Below, piece after piece: positions 28,167-36,837 of a DNA stretch of 64,000 nucleotides (its first letter is position 1; every line of letters starts with the position of its first letter). The position numbers were made by a program, and so were the translations under genes. A model generated the notes under the pieces. That model was not told where the DNA came from. It saw only the letters and a list, made by a program, of their open reading frames with translations, and did not search any database. The DNA comes from Minisyncoccota bacterium (GTDB taxonomy: Bacteria; Patescibacteriota; Minisyncoccia; Phycocordibacterales; UBA2100), in NCBI GenBank assembly GCA_035500505.1, contig DATJXE010000003.1, forward strand, positions 70,921 to 134,920, in the 5' to 3' direction.

Positions 28167-28302
28167 CACGAGAAAGGCTGGTGCTCTGTTTTGTTTTCCG
28201 TCCCGATGTATGTTGGTAGTTACCTCGTGAGGGTCCGGCGCAGAGAATGATTACAGCTGTAGCTTAGACGTTCAACAAAACAGAGCACCAGCCTTTCTCG
28301 TG
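28167..28302. repeat. Hairpin element E2: perfect 29-bp terminal inverted repeat around a 78-bp core, inverted relative to E1
   Basis: cacgagaaaggctggtgctctgttttgtt ... aacaaaacagagcaccagcctttctcgtg; core is ~70-75 percent identical to the reverse complement of the E1 core. Confidence 0.75.
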
Positions 28303-28308
28303 CACATC

Positions 28309-28788
28309 TTACGTTCGATGCGGCCATTTCTTATACTCGTGCCAGACAAGCCAGAACATGCCGATGTCGAAGAACGTGAGCAGTATGAGCGGGATCGAAC
28401 CGGTCACCGAAATGCGGATTATCTGAAAGAGAATGAACAACCCCAGGAACGCCATTGCCGCCGGATACGCCCACGTGTAGTTGCGCCAGAGCGACACCGA
28501 GAGGAACGTCTTCACGAGCCCGTGCGCGATCAAATAAAGACCGCCCAGAACGAATGCTTCGTGTGATTGCGACGCGAGCGCGCGCAGGTGTGTGGCGAAG
28601 AAGCTGTCCGGGTCCTCAACGATCTCGTTGCGGGTAAGGAAAAAGGCCGCGCTGGCCAGCGTGGTGGTGAAGGGCGTAAACGTGAGAAGGGCGCCGAGTG
28701 CGACCTCGAGAACCCCATCAAGACCTTTGATAACGACGGTGAGGAGGAAGGCGTCATGAATGCGCTTTTCCTTGAAGTTCGAAGGCAT
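28309..28788 (-). CDS. Membrane protein, 4-5 TM helices, unknown function
   Basis: Hydrophobic helices; start at internal Met adjacent to the upstream gene's stop. Confidence 0.55.
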   Translation of the reverse strand: MPSNFKEKRIHDAFLLTVVIKGLDGVLEVALGALLTFTPFTTTLASAAFFLTRNEIVEDPDSFFATHLRALASQSHEAFVLGGLYLIAHGLVKTFLSVSLWRNYTWAYPAAMAFLGLFILFQIIRISVTGSIPLILLTFFDIGMFWLVWHEYKKWPHRT

Positions 28789-28789
28789 A

Positions 28790-29485
28790 TCAGGGCAGAG
28801 GAACCGGGTCGGCATGGAACACCGCGAACGATTTCGGGAACCACTTTACGCAGAGGACGTAGATGGTGTAGGTGATGAAATACGCCGAAGCGACGTCTAT
28901 CGAATAGTGGTAATGTCCGACGAGAACGACGGCGGACATGTACAGCGACCACGCGAGAAATACATAGCGAAGAACTTTATCGCGCCAGAAAATGAGCGCC
29001 ATCAAAAAGCACACGCCGACGTGCCCCGAAAAGAACAGGTCGCCTCCGAAAAGAAAGTGCCCTATCAAAACGCCCCAATCGCCGTTGGGCGGCATAGACG
29101 GGAATGGCGCCAAGTGCGTGAGCGACGTGAAAGCGGAGCGGATGAAGTAGAACGTCCCGAGGGCAAACACCGTAAAAGGGACGCGTTTGGGATGCGCAAG
29201 AAGGAGGAGCGTGATGAACGCGACGAGGAGGAGCGTGCCATAGGCGAAAAGAGCGTCTACGTCGAACGCGCGAACATTAGAAAGCACGATGTCAGTCACC
29301 GAATTGCTCGCACTTTCGGTCGCGTAGTTGATGGCGTAAAAGGAAACGACCACGCTCGCCGCGAAATACAGGAGGGACAGGAGAACGGACATGCGGAATT
29401 CGCTTCGTGAATAATGCGTTCGATACCGGCGCATAAGTTCCCGATGCGGGGCACTGTGACGGTGAAGCGCGGTTTCGGAGGCCAT
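28790..29485 (-). CDS. PAP2-superfamily membrane phosphatase/transferase (PAP2_C-like)
   Basis: SGH and H-x3-D motifs (SGHVGVCF, GHYHYSIDV) in a multi-TM protein. Confidence 0.6.
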   Translation of the reverse strand: MASETALHRHSAPHRELMRRYRTHYSRSEFRMSVLLSLLYFAASVVVSFYAINYATESASNSVTDIVLSNVRAFDVDALFAYGTLLLVAFITLLLLAHPKRVPFTVFALGTFYFIRSAFTSLTHLAPFPSMPPNGDWGVLIGHFLFGGDLFFSGHVGVCFLMALIFWRDKVLRYVFLAWSLYMSAVVLVGHYHYSIDVASAYFITYTIYVLCVKWFPKSFAVFHADPVPLP

Positions 29486-29497
29486 AGGAAGACTTAT

Positions 29498-29509
29498 TTA
29501 GTATACTAA
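29498..29509. promoter_or_regulatory. Perfect 12-bp palindrome TTAGTATACTAA between divergent genes; likely shared face-to-face -10 boxes
   Basis: TATACT reads identically on both strands; 13 nt from the PAP2-gene ATG and ~26 nt from the plus-strand membrane gene ATG. Confidence 0.4.
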
Positions 29510-29534
29510 GCCTCAAGTCAGGAATAGCAATGAT

Positions 29535-30044
29535 ATGCAGGACGCAACCTTACGGGCAATCATGGCATGCGCAGTGTTCGCTGTGGCTGGGATCGTTGCA
29601 TTTCTTTACTTCCCGCGCGCGAACGAAAGCCTCCTTTTGGCGGGATATTACGCGGTACTTGTTCTAAATACATTCCTTTCGATCAAGGCGTTCGCCGCCA
29701 TAACGCCGAAAAATATCGTTCAGTCGCTCTTTGACGCCGCCCTCGTACTTACCTACATCGCGCTCGCGTTCTCGCTCGGCTCCGTGTTGCAGTTTTCCGT
29801 CGTTTCGTGGATTCTTTTTGTTCTTGCCAATGCCAAGTATGCGCATCTTGAACGCCTCGTTCCCCAAAAAGAGTTCCTGCGGCACAAGATGCGTATCAAC
29901 TGGCTCGGGGCGCTGTTGTCGGCAGGGGCTTTCGTTATAGCCGCATTCGGCTTCCCTATCCCGGCCGCGTGGGCGCTCTTCTGTCTCTATGGGCTCGCCA
30001 ATATCTATCTCCTCGGCATCGACCCGATGTACCGGATCAGGTAA
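29535..30044 (+). CDS. Membrane protein, ~5 TM helices, unknown function
   Basis: Hydrophobic profile; ORF-track coordinates. Confidence 0.55.
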   Translation: MQDATLRAIMACAVFAVAGIVAFLYFPRANESLLLAGYYAVLVLNTFLSIKAFAAITPKNIVQSLFDAALVLTYIALAFSLGSVLQFSVVSWILFVLANAKYAHLERLVPQKEFLRHKMRINWLGALLSAGAFVIAAFGFPIPAAWALFCLYGLANIYLLGIDPMYRIR

Positions 30045-31077
30045 TTCGCGAACCTTGCGACTCGAGTACCGAAAGAAAACGTTCCGCCGACGTACGCCAA
30101 TTGAAATGGCGGACGGAATCGCGGCACACTTCTTTTGAAAGACCGAGACATTTCACTGCAGCTCGCGAGAGGTCTTCGTCGAGATACCCATTGACGCCGT
30201 CTCGGATCATTTCCCTGGGTCCGATCACGTCGTGCGCCGCGACGGGGATGCCGAGCGCGAGGCACTCCGCAGTGGCAAGTCCGAACGTCTCGGTGCGCGA
30301 GGGCATGACCATCACATCCGCGCATGAGCACCAGTCTACGAGGGCACTGTTCTTTTTATATCCGACGAATTTCGCGGACGGATAGAGCGTTTCTAGTTTC
30401 TTGCGCTCCGGACCATCGCCGACGATAAGTTTCGTCCCTGGCAAGTCGAGTGCGAGGAATTCCTCGATGCTCTTTTCCGACGAGACCCGGCCCATGTAGA
30501 GGAATACGGGCTTCTCGAGTTCCGAAGGGCATGTGCCGCGACCGAAAAACATCTCATTGACGCCGAGCGGGCGCACGAAGATACGCTTGAGTCCGAACTG
30601 AAGCAACTCCTCGCGCATTACTTCCGTCGAGACGAGCGTGCACACCGCTTTGCTGTGGAACCACACGATGATGCGGATCAAAATACTTACCATGAAATCG
30701 CCGACCCATTTTTGCGCATAGAGATGATGCTGGCCATGGAGCGATGTCGTGAACGGAATGCCGAATTTCAGGCATGTGCGGCGGGCGTAAAGCCCAAGAA
30801 ACGCTTCCGTTTCGATATGGATATAGTCGTAGTTGCCTGTGAGAATTTTTCTTCGAATGGACCCGCCCGCGAATATGGCGAGGCGCATTTCGGGATAGAA
30901 CGGCAAGAACGGAATGGTAAAAAATTGGCTTGGCTCGAACACGTCTACTGTGTGCCCCATCTGCTCGAGCTCTTTTTTGAGGTTGGAGACGACCGTCGCG
31001 ACCCCGTTGGGATGCGTGAACCACAAGTCGGTGACGAAGAGTATCCGAAGTGGCCGTCCACCCATACGAGTGTCCAT
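30037..31077 (-). CDS. GT4-family glycosyltransferase
   Basis: GT-B fold, C-terminal PSRTETFGLATAECLALGIPV...DGVNGYL; start at internal Met (MDTRMGG); the longer ORF extension is poorly coding-like. Confidence 0.7.
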   Translation of the reverse strand: MDTRMGGRPLRILFVTDLWFTHPNGVATVVSNLKKELEQMGHTVDVFEPSQFFTIPFLPFYPEMRLAIFAGGSIRRKILTGNYDYIHIETEAFLGLYARRTCLKFGIPFTTSLHGQHHLYAQKWVGDFMVSILIRIIVWFHSKAVCTLVSTEVMREELLQFGLKRIFVRPLGVNEMFFGRGTCPSELEKPVFLYMGRVSSEKSIEEFLALDLPGTKLIVGDGPERKKLETLYPSAKFVGYKKNSALVDWCSCADVMVMPSRTETFGLATAECLALGIPVAAHDVIGPREMIRDGVNGYLDEDLSRAAVKCLGLSKEVCRDSVRHFNWRTSAERFLSVLESQGSRIT

Positions 31078-31105
31078 GCTACCACGATGTGTATACTCTA
31101 GGGAT

Positions 31106-31690
31106 ATGACGGTCGCGATCGTATTGCAGTTCGTCCAGCAGTACGGATACTTCATCATCACGCCAGCCGCATTTTTGCTGGGGCCGGTGGTCGGTTTGGT
31201 ATGCGGATTTTTGCTCAAAACAGGTACGCTTTCGCTCATTCCGACCTGCATCGCGCTCGTCATCGGCGAACTTGGGGGCGACGCTTTTTGGTATTGGCTT
31301 GGGTTGTACTATGGCGAAGCTGTCGTTCACGGTCCAGGAAAGTATGTTGGCATAACGCCAGAAGGAGTCGAACGCGCGAAAGCCCTATTTCGGCACAACC
31401 ACGACCGCATCGTGTTCATTTCCAAAATAACCGGAGGCTTCGGATTTTCGACGGCGATATTCTTTACGGCAGGGCTCTCTCGCATCGCCTTCGCGCGGTA
31501 TATTTGGATCAATGCAACAGGCCAGGCGGTGTGGATGGCCGGGCTTTTGGGGGTCGGATATTTTTTCGGTCAGTGGATCACCTCCGTCAATAATGTGTTC
31601 GACGCGCTTACCGCCTTTGGAACGCTTATTATGGTTATTCTGTGCTTCTGGGGATTCGGAAGGTACTTGCGGCGGCGAATGAGCGAATAG
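31106..31690 (+). CDS. dedA: DedA/VTT-family membrane protein
   Basis: VTT domain GELGGDAFWYWLG...RIVFISKITGGFG; start at internal Met with TGTGTATACT box 8 nt upstream. Confidence 0.7.
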   Translation: MTVAIVLQFVQQYGYFIITPAAFLLGPVVGLVCGFLLKTGTLSLIPTCIALVIGELGGDAFWYWLGLYYGEAVVHGPGKYVGITPEGVERAKALFRHNHDRIVFISKITGGFGFSTAIFFTAGLSRIAFARYIWINATGQAVWMAGLLGVGYFFGQWITSVNNVFDALTAFGTLIMVILCFWGFGRYLRRRMSE

Positions 31691-31692
31691 CT

Positions 31693-32715
31693 ATGATACG
31701 CAAACTGGCCATCGTCACCGACGGTTGGTACCCGGTCGTTGATGGCGTGGTGCGTACGATCGAAGCGAGGAAAAAAGAGCTCGAGAAACGAGGCATCGAG
31801 GTGACCGTCATCAATCCGAATCTTTTTCAGAACATTCGGATGCCGTTCGACCACCAGGTGCGCATGGCGCTGTTCCCACGAGCGCGGATGCGAACTTTGC
31901 TTGCGTCAGGAAATTTCGACGCGATACACATCGAGACAGAGGGGCCTCTTGGCTCTGCGGCGCGAGCTGCATGTCGCAAGCTTAAATTTCCTTACACAAC
32001 AGCGCACCACACCAACCTCGCGCTCTATATACGCATCAAGATAATGCCCGGACTCGACTGGCTCGTCTACGCATATCTTAGCAGGTTCCACAGGAACGCT
32101 ACCCGGATGATGGTCTCGACGGAAACCTTGCGACAAAACCTCATATCGCACGGGTTCAAAAACGACATTGTTGTTGTGCCGCTCGGCGTCGACACGGAAC
32201 TTTTCAGGCCACGCCCGGAAGAGCCGTCGCTTCCCTATCCAAAGCCCATCTTCACCTACATGGGGCGGGTGGCGCCGGAGAAGAGCGTCCGGGAATTTCT
32301 CGAGCTCGACTTGGCCGGAACAAAACTCGTCATCGGTGACGGTGAGGACAAAGAGAGGTTCGAAAAGGAATTCCCAGATGCGGTATTCACGGGGCTCAAA
32401 GAGGGGGAAGAACTCGCGAAACTTCTGGCCGGCTCGGACGTTTTCGTCTTCCCCTCCCGCACCGAGACCTTCGGTCTCACCATACTCGAAGCCCTTGCCT
32501 GCGGCGTACCTGCCGCAGTCTACGATTGCATGGGCTCCCGCGACGTAGTCACGAATGGGGTCGACGGCTACCTCTCTGAAGATCTCAAAGACGCGGCACA
32601 AAAAGCCCTCAAACTCTCGCGTGAAAAATGCCGCGAAAAAGCACTGCAATATACGTGGCCAAAATCTGTCGACATATTTCTTGAAAACCTCGCGCCGATC
32701 TCGCGCCAAAACTAA
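31693..32715 (+). CDS. GT4-family glycosyltransferase, paralog of the 30037-31077 gene
   Basis: C-terminal PSRTETFGLTILEALACGVP...DGVDGYL aligns with the divergent paralog; start at MIRKLAIVTDGW 3 nt after dedA stop. Confidence 0.7.
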   Translation: MIRKLAIVTDGWYPVVDGVVRTIEARKKELEKRGIEVTVINPNLFQNIRMPFDHQVRMALFPRARMRTLLASGNFDAIHIETEGPLGSAARAACRKLKFPYTTAHHTNLALYIRIKIMPGLDWLVYAYLSRFHRNATRMMVSTETLRQNLISHGFKNDIVVVPLGVDTELFRPRPEEPSLPYPKPIFTYMGRVAPEKSVREFLELDLAGTKLVIGDGEDKERFEKEFPDAVFTGLKEGEELAKLLAGSDVFVFPSRTETFGLTILEALACGVPAAVYDCMGSRDVVTNGVDGYLSEDLKDAAQKALKLSREKCREKALQYTWPKSVDIFLENLAPISRQN

Positions 32716-33776
32716 AACTCTCCTTTCTTTGCTGCAAGGGCCGTCAACGCCCCGTCGATGAGTTGTGTGTACTCCTTGGGCTGGTCATAAAATCGCGTAT
32801 GGTGGCCTTTTACGGAATAGAAACCGTCGACGACCTTTGTTATGTCTTCGTCGGGCGATAACTTCTGCGACGCGAGGCTTCCTTGTTTTTCCATCAGCAC
32901 CTTTCCGTTTTCCCCGGCCAGCACCTCCCCTGCTTCGTTCTTTGAGACTTCTCCGGTCATGACTTCCGCACGGAACATTTCGTCTTCCGGGCTTTGCACA
33001 ATCACAATTCCAATGCCTTTTTCCTTGACCTTTCGCAAAAGATCGATAACTCTCACGTTCGCTATCGAATATAACTCCTTCACGACCTGTATCGGATGCT
33101 GCGTGATCTCTTTGCTTAGATCAAGGATGACAGAATCTTCCGGGTGAATGTCCCATTGATATCCAGGGTCGCCGCGCTTGTATGCTTCGTGCGCTTTGTT
33201 CATCGAGGGAACATCCTTGAGCTGATTCCGCCAAATTACCTGCACGAGAGATTCATTCGGATTCATTCCTGCCGGTTCTATAAGAACGATATTCCTGAAG
33301 CGTTCGGGGTATGCGTACGCCGCCAAAACGAGGTCGATGCAACCCTTCGAGTGCGCAACCGCGTCGGCTTTTTCGACGTGGGCCCCGTCGAGTGCGGCGG
33401 ACATTGCAGCGACCTTCCGATACTCCGGGTCCATCGCCCGTTTGTCCAGGTTCGTTTCGTTCGGGTCATAATCGACCCCATGAGAACCGTCGACAACAAG
33501 TGTCCGCCTTCCGAGCGTGTAAAGCTCGCGCATATTTTTCTTCCACAATTCTGCCGTTCCCGTAAACCCGCTCACCAAAAGCGTCGGCACCGGAGTTTTC
33601 TCATGTTCCGGACGCATGTCGTACAAGTCGATCTTCTCGCCAAGCGGCGTGGTTATCTCTTGCGGGTGCTTCCACTGCTCGCTGAATTTTGCATCTTCTG
33701 GCGCGCGTTCGTCCGCCCTTTTTTGCTCTTCTTCAGGCGTTCGTTTCGGGTACAGCTGCTCAAAGCGCATGACCAA
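32712..33776 (-). CDS. Alpha/beta-hydrolase fold protein (esterase/lipase-like)
   Basis: Nucleophile elbow AHSKG and alpha/beta-hydrolase length. Confidence 0.6.
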   Translation of the reverse strand: MVMRFEQLYPKRTPEEEQKRADERAPEDAKFSEQWKHPQEITTPLGEKIDLYDMRPEHEKTPVPTLLVSGFTGTAELWKKNMRELYTLGRRTLVVDGSHGVDYDPNETNLDKRAMDPEYRKVAAMSAALDGAHVEKADAVAHSKGCIDLVLAAYAYPERFRNIVLIEPAGMNPNESLVQVIWRNQLKDVPSMNKAHEAYKRGDPGYQWDIHPEDSVILDLSKEITQHPIQVVKELYSIANVRVIDLLRKVKEKGIGIVIVQSPEDEMFRAEVMTGEVSKNEAGEVLAGENGKVLMEKQGSLASQKLSPDEDITKVVDGFYSVKGHHTRFYDQPKEYTQLIDGALTALAAKKGEF

Positions 33777-33884
33777 AGTCTAGCATCGTTTTCAACCTCA
33801 ACGTTCATTTGACTCTCACGTCATTACAGATAGTCTTACAGAAGCTTCACAGAAATACCTAACCATTGGCAACAGGAGGGCCCG

Positions 33885-34091
33885 ATGACAGTGAAATCTT
33901 GGCATGATGCCCAGCACGCTGCGGCCATACGTTTTTTTCTCGTTTCAGTTGTGATTGCGATCGCGCTCAGCCTTGCGGCGTACGTTGTCGCGGGTACCGA
34001 AATTGCCCGTGGGATCTTTTTGCTCATCTTTACAGCAATCGTGGGAATCACGATGATCTGGCTCTTCATCACCACGCCAAGTCCGCGCTAA
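33885..34091 (+). CDS. 68-aa two-TM small membrane protein
   Basis: AGGAGGG SD 5 nt upstream of ATG; terminator directly downstream. Confidence 0.5.
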   Translation: MTVKSWHDAQHAAAIRFFLVSVVIAIALSLAAYVVAGTEIARGIFLLIFTAIVGITMIWLFITTPSPR

Positions 34092-34101
34092 CCGCTTCAC
34101 T

Positions 34102-34159
34102 GAAGAAGAACCGACCTTGTCGGAAAACCTCTTCGGCGGGGCGGTTCTTCTTTTAATTT
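34102..34159. terminator. Bidirectional terminator between convergent genes
   Basis: aagaagaaccg ... cggttcttctt 11-bp stem with internal GC pairing, followed by TTTTAATTT on the plus strand. Confidence 0.5.
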
Positions 34160-34965
34160 GGCAAATCCTTCAAAAAAGAATTCATTATTCCCGCGATCTC
34201 GTCCGGGTAGTTGAGTGGCATGACGTGACTGCCGTGCGGGAGGACGACGAGCTTTGCGTTGGGCAGCGTGCTCGCGAGTCGGCGGATCTGCGCGACAGGC
34301 GAGATGATGTCATGCTCGCCATGGATGAGGAGGATGGGGACTTTCACGTCCTGCCACCATGCATCGAAATCGCGCTTGTAGAGATTGTCGAGGCAGAAAA
34401 GATACACATGGAGCGTCGTGTTCGGAATTTCGCGCAACATAAGTTTCGGGCTCAAGTCCCACACGCGCCCGAGGCTCTTGTAGTCGGTATGTTTGCCGGG
34501 TTTATTCGAGTAACTGAACAAACCGGCGATTTTGGCGCATCCCGCGACGAATGCTTCTGAAATGCGCGTGAGTAATATTTTCTTCGTGCCGTAGAGCGGA
34601 TTGAGAAAGATCGCTGCCACCGCGCCTGGGCGCTCCTTCAAGAGGATGAGCATGATGAGGCAACTCAACGAACTTGAAACTGGAATGTATTTTTCGACGC
34701 CGAGGTGCGTGAGAAGCGCATCGATATCTCCTGTCATCTCCTCGATGCGGTAATCTTCGTAGCGGCCGGGCTTGCGTGATCTGCCGTGCCCGCGCAGATC
34801 AGGCGAGACGATGTTGTAGGCGCCTTCGAAATGCGGCTCATACGGCAGCCACACCGCCGAGCTCGGCGTGAGGCCGTGAACAAATACGAGGGTTGTCCTA
34901 TCCGACCGTATCTCGCTCGAGCGATAGTAGATGCCGCGTTCCTCGAAAAAATGTTCCTGCAGCAT
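34153..34965 (-). CDS. Alpha/beta-hydrolase family protein
   Basis: VFVHGL oxyanion region and alpha/beta-hydrolase length; ATG lies 9 nt after the tRNA-His 3' end. Confidence 0.65.
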   Translation of the reverse strand: MLQEHFFEERGIYYRSSEIRSDRTTLVFVHGLTPSSAVWLPYEPHFEGAYNIVSPDLRGHGRSRKPGRYEDYRIEEMTGDIDALLTHLGVEKYIPVSSSLSCLIMLILLKERPGAVAAIFLNPLYGTKKILLTRISEAFVAGCAKIAGLFSYSNKPGKHTDYKSLGRVWDLSPKLMLREIPNTTLHVYLFCLDNLYKRDFDAWWQDVKVPILLIHGEHDIISPVAQIRRLASTLPNAKLVVLPHGSHVMPLNYPDEIAGIMNSFLKDLPN

Positions 34966-34973
34966 ATTCTTCT

Positions 34974-35049
34974 TGGGGCGATCGTCGGGAATCGAACCCG
35001 AATTGAGAGCTCCACAAGCTCCAGTGTTGACCGTTACACCACGATCGCC
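34974..35049 (-). tRNA. tRNA-His (anticodon GTG)
   Basis: Cloverleaf GCGATCG acceptor, TTCGATT T-loop, anticodon loop TTGTGGA, encoded G-1, discriminator C and encoded CCA. Confidence 0.85.
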
Positions 35050-35096
35050 ATCACAGTAGGGGCGAGTGTAGCACGTTTGGAACGCGATTACATTCC

Positions 35097-35462
35097 CTAC
35101 ATCGAGGCCAATTCCCTCGAACCAAACCCCGCCCAGAGCGCGACAAGCGCGACCAAAAGGTTGAGCAGATTGTCGGCGAAATTCACCACCATAAGCCCGA
35201 GAACGGAACTCCCCTCGATGAATCCCAAGACGGTGATGAGCGCATACACGATACCGAACACCTTGAAGTAGAGCCGCATGCGGGATTCGTCTTGTCTTGC
35301 CGCCAGTATGGCGAGCGCGCCGGTCGCGATGTAGACGACACTACTCATCGTATCCACGGCGAACACGCCGAATAAAAATCCGCCCGACGTGTCGAGCGGG
35401 ATGAGTCCCAGCACCCCTATAACGAGGAGAACAACGCCGAATATCCATGCCATTCTTTTCAT
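35097..35462 (-). CDS. Small multi-TM membrane protein (DUF4383-like)
   Basis: Four hydrophobic helices; start at internal Met. Confidence 0.5.
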   Translation of the reverse strand: MKRMAWIFGVVLLVIGVLGLIPLDTSGGFLFGVFAVDTMSSVVYIATGALAILAARQDESRMRLYFKVFGIVYALITVLGFIEGSSVLGLMVVNFADNLLNLLVALVALWAGFGSRELASM

Positions 35463-35553
35463 AAGATTTTTGGGAGTGAAGTGAGCGTCTAAATCTGGCC
35501 GTTCACACCATTGTGCTGCGCGCATCCGATGCGTCAAGCGCTCACGGTGGATT

Positions 35554-36657
35554 CTACTTGACTATCGTGGTCGAGGGCGATGAGGTGGCGACGTCCACGA
35601 CCGTGAACGAAACGCGTCCTATTAGAGCCCCGTATTGGGTTACCACGTCGACACGCCACTTGCCGGGTGCGGGATCGAGGAGTTGCGAGTAGCCCTCGTA
35701 GCCGCCATCGCGTCCTCCCTGGATCGGATATTCGATGGTCGCTCTCGTCACCCACGTTCCGCTGGAAGCATCGTAGTAGCGCCACTCGTGCAATATCTGT
35801 GTCGAAAGTCCCGAGGGTGCGAATACCGACGTGTACACGTACACCCTTCCTCCAGGCGTCTCATGGAACACGCTCGGCAGAGGAAGGATGGCGTCGTACC
35901 AAGGTTCTTCTTCCCCGACGAGCGTATACGTGCCCGCGGACGCATCGCGCACGACGCTGTGGTAGACGCCCGCGTCCTTGAGCGAGAGTGGCAGAGGCGG
36001 GATCGCGTTGGTGAAGTAGAGGACGTTGAACAGGACGTAGATGACGGCTATCGCGCGAGCCGTCACGGTCAGCTGCCCCTTCGTTTCGGGGACCACGCGG
36101 GTAAGGAGCGCGATGAAAAGCGCGACGAGCGCGAGCGCGCAGGCACCGCTCGCGGCGAACATCCACGGACCGATGGCGTGGAAGACGACCGGCAAGAAGA
36201 AAATGAAGAACGAGAAGAGCGTCGTGAAGAGAATGGACAGCTGCACCGGCACGCGCACGTAGAAACGCAGAAAACGCTCGTTGCCTAAGAGAAGCGCTGC
36301 GACGAGTATCACAAATATCCAGCTCGCGGCATAATCGGCGCTCCGTGAGTAGAGCGAGAGGAATCCGCTGAAAAGCCCACCGAAGGCGAATTGCACGACC
36401 ACAGGAATGATAGGCGCAGCATCGACCCAGAACTTTTGCCGCAAGCGCCCCGTTTCGATGAGGTTGATAAGAATGATGCCGGCGCTCGAAACGACGAGAT
36501 AAAAAATGAAAAGCGCGTCGGTTGTCCAAAGGTCGACTCGGCGCAAAAGGATTAGGTTGTCGGAAACGAAACCGGCAACGAGCGAAAGCGGCGAGACATA
36601 CCGCTCGTACCAATGCACGAGTTCTTTCACATTTTTGGGAAGATACTGGCGTATCAT
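35554..36657 (-). CDS. Membrane protein with C-terminal beta-rich extracytoplasmic domain (DUF2914-like)
   Basis: ~8 TM helices then a soluble domain; start at MIRQYLPKN, because the longer ORF would run through the att-like repeat and the tRNA. Confidence 0.55.
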   Translation of the reverse strand: MIRQYLPKNVKELVHWYERYVSPLSLVAGFVSDNLILLRRVDLWTTDALFIFYLVVSSAGIILINLIETGRLRQKFWVDAAPIIPVVVQFAFGGLFSGFLSLYSRSADYAASWIFVILVAALLLGNERFLRFYVRVPVQLSILFTTLFSFFIFFLPVVFHAIGPWMFAASGACALALVALFIALLTRVVPETKGQLTVTARAIAVIYVLFNVLYFTNAIPPLPLSLKDAGVYHSVVRDASAGTYTLVGEEEPWYDAILPLPSVFHETPGGRVYVYTSVFAPSGLSTQILHEWRYYDASSGTWVTRATIEYPIQGGRDGGYEGYSQLLDPAPGKWRVDVVTQYGALIGRVSFTVVDVATSSPSTTIVK

Positions 36658-36680
36658 CCGCGCATCATAACAAACTTCGC

Positions 36681-36837
36681 TGTGCGCAGGGGGAGACTCG
36701 GTCACGCGTCGTTTTCTGCTGAAAACGCGCGCGGCCCCGACTCGCGCCGTCGCGCTCCGTCTTTCGAGTCTCTGCTCCCAACGCAAAACGTGTCCGCAAG
36801 GGACACGTTTTGCGTTGGGTGCGCAGGGGGAGACTCG
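36681..36837. repeat. 19-nt exact direct repeat (gtgcgcagggggagactcg) at 36681-36699 and 36819-36837; second copy is the 3' end of tRNA-Leu
   Basis: A duplicated tRNA 3' end is the classic signature of site-specific integration into a tRNA gene; only 119 bp lie between the copies. Confidence 0.6.
36777..36819. other. Perfect 19-bp hairpin with GCAAG loop, abutting the tRNA-Leu 3' end
   Basis: cccaacgcaaaacgtgtcc-gcaag-ggacacgttttgcgttggg; the last three nucleotides are the tRNA's 3' CCC. Confidence 0.6.

Noticed and set aside
28196-28273. Core of the hairpin elements as SRP (4.5S) RNA or another known small RNA because of a GGUCCGG block
   Set aside because: The resemblance is limited to seven nucleotides, the rest of the domain IV consensus is absent, and three copies exist in 36 kb; no tRNA-like or other known fold was recognisable.
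26952-28302. Hairpin elements E1/E2 as integron attC sites with the SIMPL gene as a cassette
   Set aside because: attC sites conserve their outer R''/R' boxes and vary centrally; these elements do the reverse. The enclosed unit also has its own promoter-like boxes, and no integron integrase is nearby.
34786-35271. 161-aa plus-strand ORF
   Set aside because: It spans the tRNA-His gene and is antisense to two supported genes.
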